NCBI GenBank assembly: GCA_013152485.1
Contig: JAADGG010000041.1
Coordinates: 30,791 to 94,790 of the forward strand
Reading direction: 5' to 3'
DNA: 64,000 nt
Origin: Nitrospirota bacterium
GTDB taxonomy: Bacteria; Nitrospirota; Thermodesulfovibrionia; Thermodesulfovibrionales; JdFR-85
Shown: piece by piece, positions 27,140-37,410 of the stretch
Layout: each line of letters opens with the position of its first letter
How positions within the stretch are numbered: position 1 is the stretch's first letter
The notes under the pieces: model-generated
What the model was told of the DNA's origin: nothing
Database searches by the model: none
What the model saw: the letters and a program-made list of their open reading frames with translations, nothing else
Made by a program: the position numbers and the translations under genes

Positions 27140-27720
27140 TTCATGAACTTCAGGACGATGAAACCACCGACCAGCACAGCGGTGAACCCGTATGTGAGGA
27201 GGTTGAAGTAGCGGTCGATGAAGTTTCTGATGTGTCTGCCGAAAAGATATATCAGGCCTCCCACGAGAAAGAACCGCGCACCTCTGCTCAGAAGCGAAAC
27301 CACCATGAATACCGAAAAGTCCACCTGGAAAAACCCCGCAGAAATGGTAAAGACCTTGTACGGTATGGGAGTGAACCCGGCTATGGCGATCGCCCACGCC
27401 TCGTAGTCACGGAAGTATGTCCTGACCGTCTCGAAGGTCTCCTCGCTCACATAGTGAAAGAGTATGCCCTGACCGATCGCCCAGAACTTCATCCCTATGA
27501 AGAAGCCCAACGCACCGCCGATCACCGATCCGACCGTGCATACGGCTGCGTAATAGAAGGCCTTGCGGCGCAGCGAGAGGCAGAGGGCTATAAGGAGCAC
27601 GTCGGGGGGGACCGGAAAGAAGGAAGACTCAGCCACTGCAAGCAGAAAAAGGGCGGGAACACCATAGGGTGTCTCAGCCCAGTGCAAAACCCAGTCGTAG
27701 AGTCTCCTCAGTATCTTCAC
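27136..27720 (-). CDS. DedA/YqaA-family membrane protein
   Basis: LLAVAESSFFPVPPDVLLIAL is a typical VTT/YqaA motif. Confidence 0.8.
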   Translation of the reverse strand: MKILRRLYDWVLHWAETPYGVPALFLLAVAESSFFPVPPDVLLIALCLSLRRKAFYYAAVCTVGSVIGGALGFFIGMKFWAIGQGILFHYVSEETFETVRTYFRDYEAWAIAIAGFTPIPYKVFTISAGFFQVDFSVFMVVSLLSRGARFFLVGGLIYLFGRHIRNFIDRYFNLLTYGFTAVLVGGFIVLKFMK

Positions 27721-27980
27721 GGTATATTAATAATAAACAAAACTCGTTAGAAATACAAACCGCCTTACCAGAGCATTTTCATATGGATTTTATTTTGAGG
27801 CAACGTTTACCATTTCATCAAGATTCATTCTTGAGGCAACACGAACCGCCCTCACCCGTCGGCCGCCCCCTCCGCCCCGTTGGGTCAAGTCAGGTGGCCG
27901 CGAAATGAGATATTCGGTCAGACCATGATCTTCGTCCGTAAGGACCGATCCGGTTATTCAGCGGTTTCGCTGAAGTCGGG

Positions 27981-28068
27981 TTTCCCGCGAGGACAACGAC
28001 CCCCTTTCACGGACTCCTCTTCTTCCGACCGGAGCCGATCCCCGGACACTTTTTACGATCTGATGCGC
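27981..28068. repeat. Direct repeat copy 1 (88 nt) flanking the TA-like cassette
   Basis: tttcccgcgaggacaacgaccccctttcacgg...acgatctgatgcgc is identical to 28698-28784 except for one C in a C-run. Confidence 0.9.
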
Positions 28069-28108
28069 GACACTTCATTTAAACAGGCGATCATGATAAA
28101 ATACAGCC

Positions 28109-28354
28109 ATGAAATGTACGCGATACTTTTCGTTCATCAAGCAGCGTCCGGACAGGTCAATCATTAAAGAGGAGTGGATATTGGATGCTATCGAAAAACC
28201 TATAAAAACAGAGCTTCAATCTGATGGAAGAATAAGGAAATGGAGTTACGTTGAAAAAATGAACAAATATCTCAGGGTGATTCTCCTGGAAGACGGAAAA
28301 ACTGTTCATAATGCCTTTTTCGATAGAGGCTTTAAGGAGGAGGACGAAAAATGA
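28109..28354 (+). CDS. Small toxin-like protein (DUF4258-like), first gene of a two-gene cassette
   Basis: An 81-aa protein ending ..LRVILLEDGKTVHNAFFDRGF. Four-nt ATGA overlap with the DUF2283-like partner. The family assignment is from memory and tentative. Confidence 0.45.
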   Translation: MKCTRYFSFIKQRPDRSIIKEEWILDAIEKPIKTELQSDGRIRKWSYVEKMNKYLRVILLEDGKTVHNAFFDRGFKEEDEK

Positions 28355-28557
28355 AAATCAGGTATTTTCCAGATACAGATACGGCACTGATCGAGTTTTC
28401 AAATGAACCAGTCTTTGAGACAAAGGAAATATCAGAAAACCTCTATATCGACCTGGATGAAAACGGCAATCTTGTAAGCATGACCATTGAACATGCAAAA
28501 GAAAAAGCAAGTATATCTGAAGTAACCTTTTTACAAATGGAAAAGACCGGTGCCTGA
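28351..28557 (+). CDS. DUF2283-like small protein (putative antitoxin)
   Basis: MKIRYFPDTDTALIEFSNEP...ENLYIDLDENGNLVSMTIEHA matches the DUF2283 pattern (YDxExDxLYI..G.vvGieI). Confidence 0.7.
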   Translation: MKIRYFPDTDTALIEFSNEPVFETKEISENLYIDLDENGNLVSMTIEHAKEKASISEVTFLQMEKTGA

Positions 28558-28697
28558 CAACCCAAATCCAGCGGATGCATAAAAACGCACTGCTGATCCT
28601 GAAACAGTTTCCCCGGGTTTTCCCGGGCATCGAATCGGGATAATAAGGAGCCGTAAAAGTCTTACAGCCCCGGAATGTCAGCCCAGACTCATTCCTC

Positions 28698-28784
28698 TTT
28701 CCCGCGAGGACAACGACCCCCTTTCACGGACTCCTCTTCTTCCGACCGGAGCCGATCCCGGACACTTTTTACGATCTGATGCGC
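28698..28784. repeat. Direct repeat copy 2 (87 nt)
   Basis: See copy 1. It ends just before a TTGACT..TAATTT promoter-like sequence upstream of tal. Confidence 0.9.
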
Positions 28785-28874
28785 CGTATTGACTCTGAAA
28801 AATGATAAATGCTAATTTAATGCATGTCCCCAGCATCGGGCGGTGCCGCCAGCTTCTTCAAACGGGAGGATGAA

Positions 28875-30002
28875 ATGCACAGCAATCCGCTTTTAGAGCT
28901 CAAGCAATACGGTCAGAGTTTCTGGTACGACAACATAAGCAGGGGACTGCTGAGGTCCGGGGAGCTGAAGAGGATGATAGACGAGGAAGGGCTCAGAGGC
29001 GTGACGTCGAACCCCACGATATTTCACAAGTCCATCCAGGCCGGCAACGACTATGATGAACAGCTGCAGGAACTCTTCAAAACGGACGCCTCTGAAAAGG
29101 AGATCTTCTACTCCCTTGCATTACAGGACATAGCAGAGGCGTGTGAACTGCTCATGCCCGTCTACGAGGAGAGCAAAGGGTTGGACGGATACGTGAGCGT
29201 GGAAGTAGATCCTCACCTCGCCCATGACACGGAAGGGACCATAAGGGAGGCATGCGAGCTCGCGGAAAGGACGGGAAAACAGAATCTCATGGTGAAGGTC
29301 CCGGCCACAGCAGAAGGCCTCCCTGCGGTTGAAGAGCTCATATACCGCGGCTACAACATCAACGTCACCCTGCTGTTCTCGATAAAGCGGTATGAAGAGG
29401 TCATAGACGCCTACATGAAAGGCCTCGAAAGAAGGATAGCCGAAGGCAAGACGGTTGAAGGCATAGCCTCGGTGGCGAGCTTCTTTGTAAGCAGGGTGGA
29501 CACCCTTACGGACAGGCTGCTCGAAGACAGACTGAAGGAGGCGGATGCCGATGCCGAGAAGATAAGGTCCCTCAAGGGAAAGACCGCCGTTGCAAACGCA
29601 AGGGCGGCCTATCAGGTCTTCAAGGATGCATATTCGTCGGAGAGGTTCTTTGCCCTCATCAAGGAGGGCGCAAGGATACAGAGGCTGCTCTGGGGCAGCA
29701 CCAGCACGAAGAATCCCGACTACCGTGACGTCCTGTACGTCGAGGAGCTCATAGGCCCCGGCACCGTAAACACCATGCCGGATGCAACATGGCGGGCCTT
29801 CAAGGATCATGGCAAGGTCGGCAGGACTGTCGACGCCGATATCGACGAGGCATTGTCGGTCATTCAATCGATAGAAGGGCTGGGGATCAGTCTCGATGAC
29901 GTGACAAGGGAACTCGAGGAGGAAGGGGTGAGACTCTTTACAGAGTCGTTCGACGCACTGATGGAGCTCATAGCCGAGAAAAAAAGGGCCTGGACCTGTT
30001 AG
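28875..30002 (+). CDS. tal: Transaldolase
   Basis: GQSFWYDNISR, GVTSNPTIF and NLMVKVPAT motifs. The start is at ATG 28875, preceded by GGGAGGA. Confidence 0.9.
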   Translation: MHSNPLLELKQYGQSFWYDNISRGLLRSGELKRMIDEEGLRGVTSNPTIFHKSIQAGNDYDEQLQELFKTDASEKEIFYSLALQDIAEACELLMPVYEESKGLDGYVSVEVDPHLAHDTEGTIREACELAERTGKQNLMVKVPATAEGLPAVEELIYRGYNINVTLLFSIKRYEEVIDAYMKGLERRIAEGKTVEGIASVASFFVSRVDTLTDRLLEDRLKEADADAEKIRSLKGKTAVANARAAYQVFKDAYSSERFFALIKEGARIQRLLWGSTSTKNPDYRDVLYVEELIGPGTVNTMPDATWRAFKDHGKVGRTVDADIDEALSVIQSIEGLGISLDDVTRELEEEGVRLFTESFDALMELIAEKKRAWTC

Positions 30003-30008
30003 AATCTG

Positions 30009-30728
30009 ATGACCGCCATGAAGAGCCGGATCATTGTCATTCCCGTCACACTGGTTTTCATTATCTCCTGCGCAGCGCTTGGACAGGAGAGACTGAACCA
30101 GGCAGACGCCCACTTCAAACTCGCAATCTCCCACCTGAACAGGGGACAGATGCAGGCTGCCTTCGTAGAGCTGCAGAAGAGCATCGAACTCGACCCGAGA
30201 AACAAAAGGGCGCACAATGCCCTCGGCCTCGTATACCGCTACTTCGAGGACATGAAAAAAGCCGAGGAAGCCTTCAAGACCGCGCTCAGGATAGACCCGG
30301 AATATTCAGAGGCGTACAACAACCTCGGTGTGGTATACATGTATACCAAGCAGTGGGACCTCGCGATAGAAGCCTTCAAGAAGGCCCTGGAAAATCCCCT
30401 GTACCTCAAGCCTGAAACGGCTTTCACCAACCTGGGGAAAATCTACTACAGGAGGGGCGACTACGTAAGTGCGGTACGCGCATACAAGAAGGCGATCAAG
30501 CGAGCACCGGACTATGAAGCACCGTACTACGGATTGGCGCTCTGCTACAATGCAATGGCGAGATACGGAGATGCCTCCGAGGCTCTCACACAAGCCATCA
30601 ACCTCGACCCCTTCTTCAGGGGAGACAGGGAAAAAGCGGAAGCAAAGCTGACGGAGCAGAAACTCAAGGCCTCCGATGCGGACGAGGAAGCGGACTATAT
30701 CAACCTGATCGAGATTCTCCACTACTGA
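30009..30728 (+). CDS. TPR-repeat lipoprotein (PilW/PilF-like)
   Basis: Lipobox FIISCA, then about five TPR repeats (AHNALGLVY.., AYNNLGVVY.., AFTNLGKIYY..). Confidence 0.65.
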   Translation: MTAMKSRIIVIPVTLVFIISCAALGQERLNQADAHFKLAISHLNRGQMQAAFVELQKSIELDPRNKRAHNALGLVYRYFEDMKKAEEAFKTALRIDPEYSEAYNNLGVVYMYTKQWDLAIEAFKKALENPLYLKPETAFTNLGKIYYRRGDYVSAVRAYKKAIKRAPDYEAPYYGLALCYNAMARYGDASEALTQAINLDPFFRGDREKAEAKLTEQKLKASDADEEADYINLIEILHY

Positions 30729-30738
30729 CACCGACCTC

Positions 30739-31128
30739 ATGAAGACGAACGACTACATAGAACGCCTGTACGGCGAGGCCGTGAAGGCGATGCGGAACGC
30801 GGTTGCACCACTGTCAGGCTTCAGGGTGGGCGCAGCCGTGCTCACTTCCAGCGGGGAGGTATACACGGGCTGCAACATCGAGAACCCCTCACTGATGTTG
30901 AGTGCATGTGCCGAGAGGGTGGCCATACTCAAGGCCGTCTCCGAGGGGACGAGGGATATACGGGCTGTCATGGTCGTCTCGGACGGCGGAGACTACTGCT
31001 ATCCCTGCGGCTCGTGCCGGCAGCTGATTTACGAGTTCGCAACAGGGGCCGAGATATTCATAGCAGGAGGAGGCGGCATAAAGAAGTACTCGATCGAAGA
31101 GCTTCTTCCTTATGCCTTCAAGAGATGA
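30739..31128 (+). CDS. cdd: Cytidine deaminase
   Basis: CAERVA and PCGSCRQ zinc-site motifs, 129 aa. Confidence 0.9.
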   Translation: MKTNDYIERLYGEAVKAMRNAVAPLSGFRVGAAVLTSSGEVYTGCNIENPSLMLSACAERVAILKAVSEGTRDIRAVMVVSDGGDYCYPCGSCRQLIYEFATGAEIFIAGGGGIKKYSIEELLPYAFKR

Positions 31129-31153
31129 CGGAACGGCATCGAGGTGATACTCC

Positions 31154-32347
31154 ATGAAGAGAGACGTTGATATTCCCCTGGGCTACCGGTTTTCGGTCGC
31201 TGCAGCAGGCATCAAATACGAGAACCGGACCGACATGGCCCTGATATATTCCGAAAGGGAGGCCGTTGCCGCCGGCGTATTCACGACAAACAGGGTAAAG
31301 GCCGCCCCTGTCGTGCTCGACATGAAGAGGCTCAGGTCGGCAACTGCAAGGGCGATAGTGGTAAACAGCGGAAACGCGAACGCCTGTACCGGACAAAGGG
31401 GAATGAAAGACGCCGAGTCCGTATGCGTGAGGATATCGGAAAGACTCGACATACCGGAAAAGCATGTACTGGTCGCCTCCACCGGCGTCATCGGCATCCC
31501 GCTGCCCATGGACAGGGTATACGGCGGTTTGGAGGCGCTCACCGGCGGGACCGTCGGTGCCGACATGGAGGACGTTGCTCGGGCGATCATGACCACGGAC
31601 AAGTTTCCGAAGTTCGCCTCGAGGAGGATCAGGATCGGCAAGACCGACGCCGTACTGTCAGGCATGGCCAAGGGGGCGGGAATGATATCCCCGAACATGG
31701 CCACCATGCTCTGCTTTCTGCTGACGGACCTGGCAGTCGAGAAAAAGACACTCAAGCGTACACTGAGGGAGGCGACCGACAGGACCTTCAACCTGATCAC
31801 CGTCGACGGAGACATGAGCACCAATGACACGGTCATCATGATGGCGAACGGACTGGCCGGAAACAGCCCCCTGACGGAGACATCCCCCGGATACCGAAGG
31901 TTCAGGACTGCGCTCCTTGAGTTGATGGATGAGCTTTCACGCATGATCGTTAAGGACGGAGAAGGAGCCACGAGGCTGATGATCATACGGCTGCGCGGAG
32001 CAAGAAACGCCGCCGATGCCAAGAAAGCAGCATTCTCCGTCGCAAGGTCACCGCTGGTGAAGACGGCGGTATACGGCAGGGACGCCAACTGGGGCAGGAT
32101 AATGGCGGCTCTCGGCTATTCCGGAGCATTCATCCGCGAAGACAGCATAGACATATCGATCAACGGTATAAAGCTCGTGGGCAACGGACTGGCGACCGGC
32201 AGAGACCCCGAGGCGTCAGATGCCTTGAAGCACGGCGCCGAGACCGTCATCGACATCAACCTCAAGCTCGGCCCGGCATCGGAGAGGGTATACACGTGCG
32301 ACCTGACGGAGGAATACGTGAGGATCAACGCAGCATACAGAACATGA
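31154..32347 (+). CDS. argJ: Bifunctional ornithine acetyltransferase / N-acetylglutamate synthase
   Basis: The autoprocessing site is PNMATMLCFLLTD. NSGNANACTG and MSTNDT motifs are present. Confidence 0.92.
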   Translation: MKRDVDIPLGYRFSVAAAGIKYENRTDMALIYSEREAVAAGVFTTNRVKAAPVVLDMKRLRSATARAIVVNSGNANACTGQRGMKDAESVCVRISERLDIPEKHVLVASTGVIGIPLPMDRVYGGLEALTGGTVGADMEDVARAIMTTDKFPKFASRRIRIGKTDAVLSGMAKGAGMISPNMATMLCFLLTDLAVEKKTLKRTLREATDRTFNLITVDGDMSTNDTVIMMANGLAGNSPLTETSPGYRRFRTALLELMDELSRMIVKDGEGATRLMIIRLRGARNAADAKKAAFSVARSPLVKTAVYGRDANWGRIMAALGYSGAFIREDSIDISINGIKLVGNGLATGRDPEASDALKHGAETVIDINLKLGPASERVYTCDLTEEYVRINAAYRT

Positions 32348-32604
32348 CGGAGAGAGCCGCGCCACGGCACCGAAAGCGGCCTCACGCATGGATAGTAATC
32401 TCTGCGTTTTGCTATAATAAAGACTGAACCTCACCGGCGGTTTGCACGGCGACACACAGGGAACACGGCCTGTTGGTCGGCAGCCGATGGACAGGCCGAC
32501 AGCACGGCGGACACATATTTGTTCTATATTCATCACGGTGTCTCTGGTTGACATAAACTCTCAGGGTCTGAGAATACTACAAATCAGAAAACAACGGAGG
32601 AAAC

Positions 32605-33495
32605 ATGAGCTCAGTCACCAAGGCGTTACTACCTGCAGCAGGACTTGGAACGAGGTTCTTGCCGGCCACCAAGGCGTCTCCGAAGGAAATGCTTCCCATA
32701 GTGGACAAGCCCATGATCCAGTACGCTGTTGAGGAGGCCGAGGCCTGCGGAATAAACGAATTCATCATCGTCACGGGCAGGCACAAGAGGAGCATAGAAG
32801 ACCATTTCGACATCGTATATGAACTCGAAGAAGACCTGAAGCAGAAGGGCAAGAAGAAACTCCTCCAAATGATAAACAGACTCAGCCATCTCGACTTTGC
32901 ATATATACGCCAGGGCAGGCCTCTCGGCCTCGGGCACGCCATACTACGGGCGAAGCCCTTCGTCAAGAACGAGCCGGTCGCCGTGCTCCTGAGCGACGAC
33001 GTGATAGACCCCGAGGAGAACTTGCTGAAAAAGATGATACGCCTCTACGAGGAGCTCGACTGTCCCGTCGTGGCACTCGAGGAGGTCCCCAGGGACGAGA
33101 TCCACAGGTACGGCGTCATCGAGGGTGTCGCCGAGGGGGAAGACCTCTTCAGGATAACGGACTTTGTCGAGAAACCAAAGCCTGAAGAAGCGCCGAGCAA
33201 CCTGGCCATCATAGGCAGATACATACTTACGCCCGATATCTTCAAGATACTCGAGAACATGAAACCCGGCAGAGGGGGGGAGTATCAGCTCACGGACGCG
33301 CTCAAGATGCTCCTCAAGAAGAGATCCATATACGGTTACGTCTTCAGGGGCAAGAGATACGATGCGGGAGACAAGTTCGGATTCCTCAAGGCCACCGTCG
33401 ACCTTGCACTCAGGAGCTCGAACGTCTCCGAAAAGTTCAGGGAATACATCATTCATGTTGCAGAGAAGATAAAGGAAGCGGAACAGAAGAAGTAG
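32605..33495 (+). CDS. galU: UTP-glucose-1-phosphate uridylyltransferase
   Basis: KALLPAAGLGTRFLPATKASPKEMLPIVDKP. GGAGGA lies upstream. Confidence 0.92.
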   Translation: MSSVTKALLPAAGLGTRFLPATKASPKEMLPIVDKPMIQYAVEEAEACGINEFIIVTGRHKRSIEDHFDIVYELEEDLKQKGKKKLLQMINRLSHLDFAYIRQGRPLGLGHAILRAKPFVKNEPVAVLLSDDVIDPEENLLKKMIRLYEELDCPVVALEEVPRDEIHRYGVIEGVAEGEDLFRITDFVEKPKPEEAPSNLAIIGRYILTPDIFKILENMKPGRGGEYQLTDALKMLLKKRSIYGYVFRGKRYDAGDKFGFLKATVDLALRSSNVSEKFREYIIHVAEKIKEAEQKK

Positions 33496-33510
33496 ACCTG
33501 TAGACTCACT

Positions 33511-33888
33511 ATGGAATATCTCTTTGAAGAGGTCTTCTACTTAAAGTCGGGCCCCAGGAAGGATTATCCGCCCGTAGACATCTACGAAGGGAAGGACGAC
33601 ATCGTCTTCATGATAGACCTGCCGGGGGTGGATGTAAGGGACGTGCTTGTAAAGGTCTACCGCAATTTGTTTATAATTGAGGGGTTGAAGAGGGAACCGA
33701 TCAATGAACGTTGCGGGATTTACATCTGCATGGAGAGGGAGTTCGACAGTTTCAGGAGGATCCTTCCCATACCGGTCCCGGTCGATCCGGCTGACGGCAG
33801 GGCCACATACAGTGACGGCGTGCTCACGGTCACTCTGCCCAAACCGAAAGACAGGGTTTACAAAATAAAGATAGAAAAGGAGAAATGA
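33511..33888 (+). CDS. Hsp20/alpha-crystallin small heat-shock protein
   Basis: [21 protein letters not shown]...GVLTVTLPK. Confidence 0.9.
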   Translation: MEYLFEEVFYLKSGPRKDYPPVDIYEGKDDIVFMIDLPGVDVRDVLVKVYRNLFIIEGLKREPINERCGIYICMEREFDSFRRILPIPVPVDPADGRATYSDGVLTVTLPKPKDRVYKIKIEKEK

Positions 33889-36380
33889 TGGTTGATCCGA
33901 TAAAAGACGAAAAAGATATAGAGATTCCGGATACCCTACCCGTACTGCCGGTAAGGGACATCGTGGTCTTTCCATACATGATCATCCCCCTGTTCGTAGG
34001 CAGAGAGATGTCCATCAAGTCCATCGACCACTCTCTCAACACCAACAGGATGGTGCTGCTTCTGACACAGAAAGACCTCAGCGTCGAGAACCCTCAGCCC
34101 GAGGACCTCTACAAGGCAGGCACCGTGGGACTCATAATGAGGATGCTCAAGCTCCCGGACGGCAGGGTGAAGATCCTCGTCCAGGGGCTCTCAAAGGCGC
34201 GTGTCCTGGACATACACGTCAAGGACAGCTATCTGGAGGCCTCCATACAGAAGATCGAGGATACGAAGCCCGCGGAGATGACCATCGAGATCGAAGCACT
34301 CATGCGGACCGTGAAGGAACAGCTCGACAAGTCCGTCTCCCTCGGCAAGACCATACTGCCCGACATAATGGTGGTCATAGAGAACCTCGACGACCCTGGG
34401 AGGCTTGCCGATCTCGTGGCGTCGAACCTCGGACTGAAGACGGACCAGGCTCAGGAGATCCTCGAGATATCCGATCCCGTACAGAGGCTCAAGCGGGTCA
34501 GCGAGATACTGGGCAGGGAGATAGAACTGCTGCTCGTGCAGCAGAAGATCCAGACCGAGGCACGTGGGGAGATCGACAAGACACAGAGGGAGTACTTCCT
34601 GAGGGAGCAGCTCAAGGCGATACAGCGTGAACTCGGCGAGATCGACGAGCGCGCGGAAGAGATAAACGAGTTCAGAAAAAAGATCGAGGAAGCGAAGATG
34701 CCGGAAAAGGTGCTGAAAGAGGCGGAAAAGCAGCTCAAGCGCCTCGAGAAGATGCATCCGGACAGTGCAGAGGCGGCCACGGTACGGACATACCTCGACT
34801 GGCTCGTCGAGATTCCCTGGAGCAAGTCCACAAAGGATGTCCTGAACATAAAGGCAGCCAAAAAGGTCCTCGACGAGGACCACTACGACCTCGAGAAGGT
34901 AAAGGAACGAATACTCGAATACTTGAGTGTGAGGAAGCTGAAGGCAAAGATGAAGGGCCCCATACTCTGTTTTATCGGCCCTCCCGGTGTCGGAAAGACA
35001 TCCCTGGGCAGATCCATAGCAAGAAGCCTCGGGAGGGAATTCGTCAGGATGTCCCTTGGAGGCGTGCGGGACGAGGCCGAGATCAGGGGACACAGACGCA
35101 CCTATGTGGGAGCGCTTCCAGGACGCATAATACAGGGCATAAAACAGGCCGGCACCAACAACCCGGTCTTCATGCTCGATGAGATAGACAAGATAGGCAT
35201 GGACTTCCGGGGTGATCCATCCTCGGCACTGCTCGAAGTACTCGACCCGGAGCAGAACAATGCCTTCGTGGACCACTATCTCGGCGTCCCGTTCGATCTA
35301 TCGAACGTCATGTTCATAACCACCGGCAATATGGTGGACACCATACCCGGCCCGCTGAGGGACAGGATGGAAATAATTTACCTGAGCGGCTACACGGAAG
35401 AGGAAAAGCTCGGAATAGCCCGCAACTACCTCATCCCCAAGCAGCTCGAAGAGCATGGAATAACCGACAAGATACTGAGCGTCACCGATTCCGGACTCAG
35501 GGTCCTGATCTCCCAGTACACGCGGGAGGCAGGGGTGAGAAACCTCGAGAGAGAGATAGCGAACCTCTGCAGGAAGGTGGCGAAACAGATAGCAGAGGGA
35601 AAGAAGAAGAGGTTCGTCATAACCGCAAGGAACCTCCACAAATACCTTGGGGCACCGAAGTACCTCCCCGAGGAGGAGATGGAGAAAGACGAGATAGGGG
35701 TGGCAACGGGACTCGCATGGACAGAGTCGGGCGGCGACATCATCTATGTCGAGGCCACGATCATGAAGGGCAGGGGACAACTGACCCTGACGGGCCAGTT
35801 GGGTGACGTCATGAAGGAATCCGCACATGCCGCCCTCAGTTACATACGATCCCGGGCGAAGACCCTGGGCATAAAGGAGGACCTCTTTTCCAAGACGGAC
35901 ATCCATATCCATGTCCCGGCGGGTGCGATCCCCAAAGACGGCCCCTCCGCCGGTATCACGATGGCCGTAGCCATAGCATCAGCCTTCACGGGCAGGCCTG
36001 TCGACAAGAAGATAGCCATGACCGGAGAGGTGACACTGAGGGGAAGGGTGCTCCCGATCGGCGGGCTCAAGGAGAAGATCCTTGCAGCCAAAAGGATGGG
36101 CATCCCGAAGGTGATAATACCGAAGAGGAACGAAAACGACCTCGAGGACATCCCAAGGTATGTAAAGAAGAACGTGGAGTTCATCTTTGTCGACAAGGTG
36201 GACGACGTCCTGAAAGTCGCCTTGAAACCGAAGAATACCGCTGTAACGAAAAGGAAAACAAAGGCTGTTGCCACGAAGGCTGTCGCTGCAGCCAAGACGA
36301 AGGTCACCGCAATAAAGAAGAGGAAGACAGCCACAGCCGGCAAGTCAAAGGCCGCCACGGCAAAAAAGAGCAAGAAATAG
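33885..36380 (+). CDS. lon: ATP-dependent Lon protease with Lys/Ala-rich C-terminal tail
   Basis: LON N-domain, Walker [10 protein letters not shown], and protease site [12 protein letters not shown] overlap with hsp20. The last 51 aa are KA-rich. Confidence 0.95.
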   Translation: MMVDPIKDEKDIEIPDTLPVLPVRDIVVFPYMIIPLFVGREMSIKSIDHSLNTNRMVLLLTQKDLSVENPQPEDLYKAGTVGLIMRMLKLPDGRVKILVQGLSKARVLDIHVKDSYLEASIQKIEDTKPAEMTIEIEALMRTVKEQLDKSVSLGKTILPDIMVVIENLDDPGRLADLVASNLGLKTDQAQEILEISDPVQRLKRVSEILGREIELLLVQQKIQTEARGEIDKTQREYFLREQLKAIQRELGEIDERAEEINEFRKKIEEAKMPEKVLKEAEKQLKRLEKMHPDSAEAATVRTYLDWLVEIPWSKSTKDVLNIKAAKKVLDEDHYDLEKVKERILEYLSVRKLKAKMKGPILCFIGPPGVGKTSLGRSIARSLGREFVRMSLGGVRDEAEIRGHRRTYVGALPGRIIQGIKQAGTNNPVFMLDEIDKIGMDFRGDPSSALLEVLDPEQNNAFVDHYLGVPFDLSNVMFITTGNMVDTIPGPLRDRMEIIYLSGYTEEEKLGIARNYLIPKQLEEHGITDKILSVTDSGLRVLISQYTREAGVRNLEREIANLCRKVAKQIAEGKKKRFVITARNLHKYLGAPKYLPEEEMEKDEIGVATGLAWTESGGDIIYVEATIMKGRGQLTLTGQLGDVMKESAHAALSYIRSRAKTLGIKEDLFSKTDIHIHVPAGAIPKDGPSAGITMAVAIASAFTGRPVDKKIAMTGEVTLRGRVLPIGGLKEKILAAKRMGIPKVIIPKRNENDLEDIPRYVKKNVEFIFVDKVDDVLKVALKPKNTAVTKRKTKAVATKAVAAAKTKVTAIKKRKTATAGKSKAATAKKSKK

Positions 36381-36420
36381 CGGCCTGTTCGTTGCAGGGG
36401 ACCACAACAGCAATAAGCAG

Positions 36421-37410
36421 ATGAAACTTGGAGATGCCGGGGAGCTTAAGGTGCTGGAGAGACTGAGGGAACGGTTTCCCTCCGGCTCCCGCGACGTAAT
36501 CATCGGCATCGGGGATGACGCTGCAGCCCTCGATATCAATGGGCAGGCCCTGCTTCTGAGCACCGACACCATGACCGAGGGGATACACTTCGATCTCTCC
36601 CTGTTTACACCTTACCAGATCGGTTACAAGCTCGTCTCGTCAAACGTGAGCGACATTTTCGCCATGGGCGGAAGACCGAAATGGTCACTGCTGGGCATGA
36701 CGCTTCCTCCAGAGACGGACGAGGCCTTCCTCGAGGCCTTCCTTGACGGCGTATCGGATGGACTGAAGAGATACGGACTGACACTGGTCGGCGGAGACGT
36801 TACCGGGAGTACTGGTCCGCTCACCGTTTCCCTTACGGTTTCCGGCACAGTGGAAGGAAAGATCATAAGGAGATGCGGGGCTTCCGCCGGGGAAAGGGTC
36901 TACATATCGGGCCCTGTCGGAGAGGCGTCGTGCGGTTTGGAGTTTCTCAAGAGACTCGGCCGCTCCGTGAGCCTGGAGCTGGGCGAGGAGCTGCATCTCG
37001 CGGTGGAGTGGGAGAGTGTCGAACCCCTGCTGAAACGGTTCCTTCTTCCCGAGGCCTGTGACCTCTCAGAACATTCAGCCCATATAACTTCGATGATAGA
37101 CATAAGCGACGGACTGTTTCTCGACCTTACAAGGCTGTGCCGCGAGAGCTCGGTGGGTGTGAGGCTTTACGAAGAGAAGATCCCGGTGACCGGGGCACTC
37201 GAAGCGGTCTCCGCCTTTCTCGGCATCTCTCCTTACCGGTTCATCACCTCCGGCGGAGAGGACTACCAGCAACTGTTCACATCAGGCAAGGCGTTTCCCG
37301 CGTTTGCCGAGATAGGCGAGATAACGGAGACCGGCATGTATATCGTCAGAACGGACGGCTCTGAAGAAGAAATACGACCGGAAGGATACCAGCACTTTGT
37401 CTATCCGTGA
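36421..37410 (+). CDS. thiL: Thiamine-monophosphate kinase
   Basis: IGDDAAAL, the AIR-synthase-like fold, and GGEDYQQLF. Confidence 0.88.
   Translation: MKLGDAGELKVLERLRERFPSGSRDVIIGIGDDAAALDINGQALLLSTDTMTEGIHFDLSLFTPYQIGYKLVSSNVSDIFAMGGRPKWSLLGMTLPPETDEAFLEAFLDGVSDGLKRYGLTLVGGDVTGSTGPLTVSLTVSGTVEGKIIRRCGASAGERVYISGPVGEASCGLEFLKRLGRSVSLELGEELHLAVEWESVEPLLKRFLLPEACDLSEHSAHITSMIDISDGLFLDLTRLCRESSVGVRLYEEKIPVTGALEAVSAFLGISPYRFITSGGEDYQQLFTSGKAFPAFAEIGEITETGMYIVRTDGSEEEIRPEGYQHFVYP

Noticed and set aside
27840-27980. GC-rich non-coding stretch upstream of the first 88-bp repeat as SRP RNA, RNase P or 6S RNA
   Set aside because: There is only a superficial resemblance (gtcaggt..ccg..gaa). The conserved cores of these RNAs are not present.
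27880-28167. A 95-aa ORF spanning direct repeat copy 1
   Set aside because: It is a low-complexity Ser/Arg/Pro translation of the repeat. It overlaps the promoter and start of the toxin-like ORF, and there is no equivalent ORF at copy 2.
29121-30215. A 364-aa minus-strand ORF
   Set aside because: It is antisense to transaldolase and the TPR lipoprotein gene.
36225-36377. Lon KA-rich tail as a separate histone-like gene fused by error
   Set aside because: The frame is continuous with the Lon protease domain, with no internal start or SD and no stop between them. I keep it as part of lon and flag it as a finding.
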